A DNA stretch of 64,000 bases from an uncultured Acidiferrobacteraceae bacterium (GTDB taxonomy: Bacteria > Pseudomonadota > Gammaproteobacteria > Acidiferrobacterales > SZUA-150). This document shows, one piece after another, positions 58,942-64,000 of this stretch (positions within the stretch are counted from its first letter, which is position 1; the number at the start of each line of letters is the position of its first letter). Position numbers and translations under genes: made by a program. The notes under the pieces were generated by a model. That model was not told where the DNA came from and did no database searches. It saw nothing but the letters and a program-made list of their open reading frames with translations. The stretch lies in NCBI GenBank assembly GCA_913009895.1, contig CAJVXY010000013.1, positions 42-64,041 of the forward strand. The letters run 5' to 3'.

Positions 58942-60072
58942 TTAGATGAGTAGATTTACCAGGGTTTGGCGGTAGATTTCAGACAAGATTTTAGGGATAT
59001 CCGCGCTTATACATTCGTCAATTTGATGGATTGTGGCATTTAAAGGGCCAATTTCCACTACCTGGGCCCCTGTGGGCGCAATAAATCGGCCGTCGGATGT
59101 ACCACCACCGGTTGATAATCGGGTATCGCGCTTTAAAACGGTTTTAATTGCCCCGCGAACAGCGTCGACCAGGGCGCCCTCGGGGGTCAAAAATGGCTGG
59201 CCGGACAAGCGCCAATCAAGCTGGTACTTGAGCTTGTTTTTGGCAAGCACTGCCTCAACTTTCTGCTTTAACTCGGTATCTGTGACGGCAGTGGAAAATC
59301 GAAAGTTAAAATCAATTTCAACCGTCCCGGGAATGACATTTTCGGCACCGGTGCCGCCCTGGATATTGGATATCTGGAAACTGGTTTTTGGGAAGTATTC
59401 GTTGCCGTTATCCCAGATAGTGTTGATTAACTCGGATAAGGCCGGCACAGCAATATGAATCGGATTTTCGGCCAGGTGTGGATAGGCAATATGGCCCTGT
59501 TTTCCCTCGATCACCAGTTTGCCATTGAGAGAACCACGGCGACCGTTTTTTATGACGTCACCAAATTCTTGTTCAGAGGAAGGTTCGCCCACCAGGCAGT
59601 AATCAATTTTTATATCATTTTTCTGCAGCCAATCCACAACCTTAACCGTGCCCTCGACGGAGGGACCTTCTTCGTCAGCGGTAATGAGCAGGGCGATGGT
59701 GCCGGCATAATTGTCATGTTCGGTCACAAAGGACTCAATAGACGTGATGAACGCCGCCAGGGACGCCTTCATATCGGCAGCGCCACGGCCATAAAGATGG
59801 CCGTCCCTGATCTCCGGTGAAAAGGGGTCCGAGGTCCAGTTTTTAACCGGGCCCGTGGGCACCACGTCCGTATGGCCAGCGAAACAAACCAGGGGTTTGC
59901 CACTACCGCGCCAGGCCCAGAAATTATCCACCTGACCAAAACGCAAGCGCTTTACCTGGAAACCCATGGCTTCAAGCCGGGAAATCATTAAATCCTGGCA
60001 GCCATGATCATCAGGTGTCACCGAAGGCCGTTCGATCAGGGCCCGGGTTAGATCAAGTGTAGGGTCAGACAT
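58942..60072 (-). CDS. dapE: succinyl-diaminopimelate desuccinylase
   Basis: From the internal Met: [22 protein letters not shown]..., M20 motifs GHTDVVP and LITADEEG. The longer ORF (to 60189) would overlap dapD. Confidence 0.9.
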   Translation of the reverse strand: MSDPTLDLTRALIERPSVTPDDHGCQDLMISRLEAMGFQVKRLRFGQVDNFWAWRGSGKPLVCFAGHTDVVPTGPVKNWTSDPFSPEIRDGHLYGRGAADMKASLAAFITSIESFVTEHDNYAGTIALLITADEEGPSVEGTVKVVDWLQKNDIKIDYCLVGEPSSEQEFGDVIKNGRRGSLNGKLVIEGKQGHIAYPHLAENPIHIAVPALSELINTIWDNGNEYFPKTSFQISNIQGGTGAENVIPGTVEIDFNFRFSTAVTDTELKQKVEAVLAKNKLKYQLDWRLSGQPFLTPEGALVDAVRGAIKTVLKRDTRLSTGGGTSDGRFIAPTGAQVVEIGPLNATIHQIDECISADIPKILSEIYRQTLVNLLI

Positions 60073-60121
60073 AAAAGTGTTGGCGTGTAAATGAATAGCT
60101 ATAAAATTAAATATTTTGACA

Positions 60122-60943
60122 TTAAATATCGCGTAATAACTCGTTGATACCCACTTTGCCACGGGTCTTTTCATCGACTTTTTTAACAATCACGGCGCAA
60201 TACAAACTATGACTGCCATCTTTGGCGGGCATTGACCCTGAAACAACCACGGAACCGGCTGGTACCCGGCCGTAACTCACTTCGCCAGTACTGCGATCAA
60301 GTATTTTGGTGCTTTGGCCAATGAATACACCCATGGAAATCACCGAACCCTCTTCAACAATGACCCCTTCCACGACTTCAGAGCGGGCACCGATGAAGCA
60401 GTTGTCTTCGATAATTGTCGGGGCTGCCTGCAGGGGCTCCAATACGCCACCAATACCAACACCGCCTGACAAGTGAACATTTTTACCTATCTGGGCGCAG
60501 GAACCGACCGTGGCCCAGGTATCCACCATGGTGCCGGTGTCCACGTAAGCGCCAATGTTGACGTAACTTGGCATAAGCACCACGCTTGGGGCGATGTACG
60601 AGCCCTTACGTACCGAGGCCGGCGGTACCACACGAAAACCGCCATCCCGAAAGCTGCGTGAATTGTAATCAGCGAATTTGGCCGGCACTTTATCAAAGTA
60701 ATTTGTAAAACCGCCCTTGATAAAAACATTGTCTTCAATACGAAAAAATAATAATACGGCTTTTTTCAGCCATTCATTGACGACCCAGTTGCCGTCGACT
60801 TTCTCGGCCACCCGGGCCTGGCCGGTATCCAGCAACTCAATGGCCTCCAGTACGGCATCCTTAACATGGGTGTCTACTTTGCGTGGTGTGATTTCTGCTC
60901 GTTGTCCAAAGGCATCTTCAATAGTTTGCTTGATAGTGCTCAT
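60122..60943 (-). CDS. dapD: 2,3,4,5-tetrahydropyridine-2,6-dicarboxylate N-succinyltransferase
   Basis: 273 aa with left-handed beta-helix hexapeptide repeats and the typical DapD N-terminus ([13 protein letters not shown]). Confidence 0.93.
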   Translation of the reverse strand: MSTIKQTIEDAFGQRAEITPRKVDTHVKDAVLEAIELLDTGQARVAEKVDGNWVVNEWLKKAVLLFFRIEDNVFIKGGFTNYFDKVPAKFADYNSRSFRDGGFRVVPPASVRKGSYIAPSVVLMPSYVNIGAYVDTGTMVDTWATVGSCAQIGKNVHLSGGVGIGGVLEPLQAAPTIIEDNCFIGARSEVVEGVIVEEGSVISMGVFIGQSTKILDRSTGEVSYGRVPAGSVVVSGSMPAKDGSHSLYCAVIVKKVDEKTRGKVGINELLRDI

Positions 60944-61002
60944 TACTTACTCCAAAAAAAATTATAAAATTCTTAGAAATTATTGATTGACTAAAAATAC
61001 AG

Positions 61003-61697
61003 CTAGATAGTTTCAACAAAATGTTTAATGCGTTTAGCTGCATCGATACTTTCTTCGACATGGGCGACCAACGCCAAGCGAATGCGATTTTCACCGGGAT
61101 TGCCGTTTTCCGTATCACGAGACAGGTAACTGCCAGGTAACACGACTATATTCTCATTTGCATACAATTGCTGGGCAAAATCCTCGTCATTGATTGGTGT
61201 TTCAGCCCAGAGATAAAAGCCGGCCTCCGGTTGTTGCACCTTAAAGTGTCTGGCCAAGGATATCCAAAACTGCTGCAAACTTCTCCCGGTACATTTCCCT
61301 GTTTTTAATAACCTGTGTTTCATCTTGCCACGCACCAATACTCGCTATCTGGGTCGGTACTGGCAGGGCGGCTCCATGGTAGGTTCGGCACTGGAAATAT
61401 TTTTTCAAAATATTCGCATCGCCAGCCACAAACCCGGATCGTAAACCGGGTAAATTTGATCGCCTGGAAAGACTGTAAAAGACAATATTCACTTAAACCG
61501 TGTGTTACAGGATAACGTGCCAGCGAGTCTGCGAGTTTATTTAATACAAACTGTGGCGGCTGGTGTTTTGGTTCGCCCAGGGAAAGCAGTATTTTTGTTT
61601 TGTCAGCAGGTGGGGTAACGTTCGCAAACAAATTTGCCAGCTTCTGGAACGGGCTCGCGATCCTGTTATTCATACCGGGGCTTATGATGGAAGTCAT
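61003..61697 (-). pseudogene. dapC: decayed succinyldiaminopimelate aminotransferase (dapC-like) remnant
   Basis: Three fragments lie in three frames. (1) An N-terminus SPFQKLANLF...LSLGEPKHQPP...YPVTHG. (2) FYSLSRRSNLPGLRSGFVAGDA...RTYHG...ASIGAW. (3) PEAGFYLWAETP...VVLPGSYLS. The total is 695 nt against about 1.2 kb for the family, so about 170 central codons are missing. An extra base sits in the run at 61243-61245, and Arg occupies the usual PLP-Lys position. Confidence 0.7.
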
Positions 61698-61728
61698 GTT
61701 GGACTAAAAGTATTGCTAACTTTAAAAA

Positions 61729-62676
61729 TTGAAGCGGATTATACGACAACCAATGATTGGGTCTAGTCACGATCGAAAATTAGTATCAGTCCTGGCGCTG
61801 TTGGCCGGGGCCGCGCTCTGGGGCCTGGTGTGGTATCCCATGCGCCTGCTTGAAGAGACCGGGTTAACCGGCCTGTGGCTCACCCTGCTCATATATAGCT
61901 TCACGCTGGTTGTCAGTTTACCTGTAACGGGCCGGAAGTTTGGTGAAGTCATCCAGTCCCCGGCTATTTTATTGCCCATCTTGCTGGCGGCGGGCTGGAC
62001 CAATATTGCATTTGTCCTGGCCATTCTGGATGGCAATATTCTGAGAGTCTTATTACTCTTTTACCTGGCACCGGTCTGGGCCACTTTGCTTGGGTATTAT
62101 TTTTTAGGAGAACGTTTAACCAGGCGCAGCTGGCTTGTGCTGGTTCTGGCAATGGCCGGGGCATTGATCATGCTCTGGTCGCCAGAAATGGGCTGGCCCT
62201 GGCCAAGCGATACATCTGACTGGATGGCAATTACCTCTGGCATGGCCTTCGCCATTTCCAATTTGTTTGTTCGCAAAGGGCAGTCGGTCAGCCTAGCCGC
62301 CAAACTGGGGGTCAGTTGGCTGGGCGTAGTTGTAATGGCAGGTATTTTAATCGTGATATTTCAACAACCGGTACCGGCAATGAGTATGCCAGTGGTAAGT
62401 GGGGCAGCAGCAACCGGGATATTTGGAATTTTGGTCATGACCACACTGGTCCAGTACGGCGTAACCCATATGCCAGTACATCAGTCTGCCGTCATTTTAT
62501 TGTTTGAGATTGTGGTCGGTGCCATATCACAACAGTTGTTGACCGATGAGATGATGACCCTGCGGGAATGGGGCGGTGGTGTATTAATAATACTGGCCGC
62601 TTACTTATCGACCTTCCAGTTCAATAATGAATCCAGTTTTAAAGCTCAATCCAACAAAAGTACACGTACTGATTAA
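61729..62676 (+). CDS. EamA/DMT-superfamily transporter
   Basis: About 10 predicted TM helices in two EamA-like halves. Start codon uncertain. Confidence 0.75.
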   Translation: MKRIIRQPMIGSSHDRKLVSVLALLAGAALWGLVWYPMRLLEETGLTGLWLTLLIYSFTLVVSLPVTGRKFGEVIQSPAILLPILLAAGWTNIAFVLAILDGNILRVLLLFYLAPVWATLLGYYFLGERLTRRSWLVLVLAMAGALIMLWSPEMGWPWPSDTSDWMAITSGMAFAISNLFVRKGQSVSLAAKLGVSWLGVVVMAGILIVIFQQPVPAMSMPVVSGAAATGIFGILVMTTLVQYGVTHMPVHQSAVILLFEIVVGAISQQLLTDEMMTLREWGGGVLIILAAYLSTFQFNNESSFKAQSNKSTRTD

Positions 62677-62690
62677 CCGTATCTTTACCG

Positions 62691-63242
62691 ATGGCCACCA
62701 TTATCACCCATCCCATCGTAGCGATTGCCCTAAGCCCGGCCATTCGTAGTTTACCCAACTGGAAATTAATCCTGTTCACTGGTGCGCTACTAACCATATT
62801 GCCGGACATTGATGTGATTGGTTTTCGACTGGGCATACCCTACGAACATGTTTTGGGGCATCGCGGTATTACCCATTCGATATTCTTTTCAGTTTTGACA
62901 AGTTTCTTAGCGACTGTGTTTTTTATGCGCACCCTGGACCGAAAATTTTTACTGGTGTGGGCTTATTTTTTTCTTAACATGGTCTCACACGGTCTGCTTG
63001 ATGCATTAACAAATGGCGGTAAAGGAATCGCTTTTTTTGCACCGTTTAACAATGAAAGATACTTTTTTCCGTTCAGGCCACTGGAGGTCTCTACTATAAA
63101 CTTGTCTCGTTTTATATCATCCCATGGCATCAACGTACTCAAGAGTGAAATTATCTGGGTCTGGATACCTGCTGTATTTATTTTTTTGATTCTGTATAAA
63201 ATAAAAATTAAAAGTATTTTAAGAATAAATCACAATAGCTAA
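62691..63242 (+). CDS. YdjM-like membrane-bound metal-dependent hydrolase (DUF457)
   Basis: MATIITHPIVAIAL...LPDIDVIG...GHRGITHS motifs and hydrophobic helices. Confidence 0.7.
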   Translation: MATIITHPIVAIALSPAIRSLPNWKLILFTGALLTILPDIDVIGFRLGIPYEHVLGHRGITHSIFFSVLTSFLATVFFMRTLDRKFLLVWAYFFLNMVSHGLLDALTNGGKGIAFFAPFNNERYFFPFRPLEVSTINLSRFISSHGINVLKSEIIWVWIPAVFIFLILYKIKIKSILRINHNS

Positions 63243-63976
63243 TTGGTTCGTTTATTTCGCGCAACAAAAATACTACTGCCAACACGCACCATGGTGCTGC
63301 CAGATTCTATGGCCAACAGGTAATCTCCGCTCATGCCCATTGATAATTCAGTAAATAGAGGCAGCTCAAAACTTTCTGCCATTTTATTTCGCAATTCGCG
63401 CAACAAATCAAAGGCGGTTTTTTGTTCAGATTGGCTTGCGCCCAGTTTGCCAATTGTCATTAATCCTTTTATTTGAATTTGTTTAAGATCTTCATTGAGG
63501 ATGGTTTCAATTAATTCCGGTAAATCATTTTTATCAACACCGTATTTGTCGGGATCGTTGCTGACATTCACTTGTATGAGTGTCGACAAGCTTTGATTGG
63601 CGCTGCTCATAGATTGGTTAATTTTTTTAGCAAGTTCCAGGGAGTCAAGGGTGTGCAACCATTGAAATCTCCCGGGTAAATATTTGGCCTTGTTGTTTTG
63701 CAAGTGGCCAATAAAGTGCCAGACAGCTGTTTTATTTTGCAGGTGATCAATTTTGTTGCGGGCATCCTGAATGGTATTTTCGCCAAAATCTTCCTGGTTC
63801 GCAGACAAGGCCGCCTGGACGGCTGCAAGGGGCTGGGTCTTGGAGACAGCAATCAAGCGAATGTCCCGGGCTAACCTGCCGGATCTGGCAGCCGCCTCAC
63901 TGATTTGCGCTCGTACACGCAGGATGTTGTCAGTAATGATAGCCGGGGATGCCGGGATTGTTGGGGTTGTTACCAT
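63239..63976 (-). CDS. yggS: YggS-family pyridoxal-phosphate homeostasis protein
   Basis: IRLIAVSKTQP (PLP lysine), FGENTIQDA, WHFIGHLQNNK, LSMGMSGDY, VRVGSSIF. Confidence 0.9.
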   Translation of the reverse strand: MVTTPTIPASPAIITDNILRVRAQISEAAARSGRLARDIRLIAVSKTQPLAAVQAALSANQEDFGENTIQDARNKIDHLQNKTAVWHFIGHLQNNKAKYLPGRFQWLHTLDSLELAKKINQSMSSANQSLSTLIQVNVSNDPDKYGVDKNDLPELIETILNEDLKQIQIKGLMTIGKLGASQSEQKTAFDLLRELRNKMAESFELPLFTELSMGMSGDYLLAIESGSTMVRVGSSIFVARNKRTN

Positions 63977-64000
63977 GGGGGATATATAACACCAGCCACT

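Noticed and set aside
60073-60189. 39-codon N-terminal extension of dapE.
   Set aside because: It would overlap the dapD 3' end by 68 nt. The family N-terminus ([22 protein letters not shown]) starts at the internal Met.

Overview
This window is chromosomal DNA from a sulfur-oxidizing proteobacterium. The gene order (miaA-hfq-hflXKC-yjeT-hisZ-purA ... rnr-rlmB-rpsF-rpsR-rplI-dnaB-alr-radA) points to a gammaproteobacterium. All calls come from reading the ORF translations and the DNA by eye; no database search was possible.

**Layout**
- **1-1.9 kb:** a visibly AT-rich stretch with a lipoprotein, a small ORF and a caspase-like His/Cys protein.
- **1.9-19.6 kb:** cysG (siroheme synthase) converges on a long minus-strand block holding a complete oxidative-type dsr cluster, dsrABEFHCMKLJOP-[TrpD-like]-dsrN-dsrR. 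A NarX/NarL-type two-component pair follows it.
- **20.1-24.0 kb:** a tightly packed six-gene plus-strand operon, divergent from dsrA. It encodes a TauD-like dioxygenase, two unknowns, an orphan Cas6/Cmx6-like protein, a cysteine-free DsrC paralogue and an MST-type rhodanese. This is my best candidate for an undescribed system.
- **24.0-30.2 kb:** msrB, two Fe(II)/2OG-oxygenase genes, several unknowns and a tandem-OmpA protein.
- **30.3-54.6 kb:** housekeeping genes, including prfB with its programmed +1 frameshift, lysS, tRNA-Leu(CAG) and a 1218-aa PAS/GAF/GGDEF/EAL sensor.
- **54.6-58.8 kb:** an FHA / PP2C phosphatase / CHASE2-Ser/Thr-kinase module.
- **58.9-64.0 kb:** dapE and dapD next to a decayed dapC remnant, then a DMT transporter, a YdjM-like hydrolase and yggS.

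I saw no CRISPR array, transposase, integrase or rRNA.
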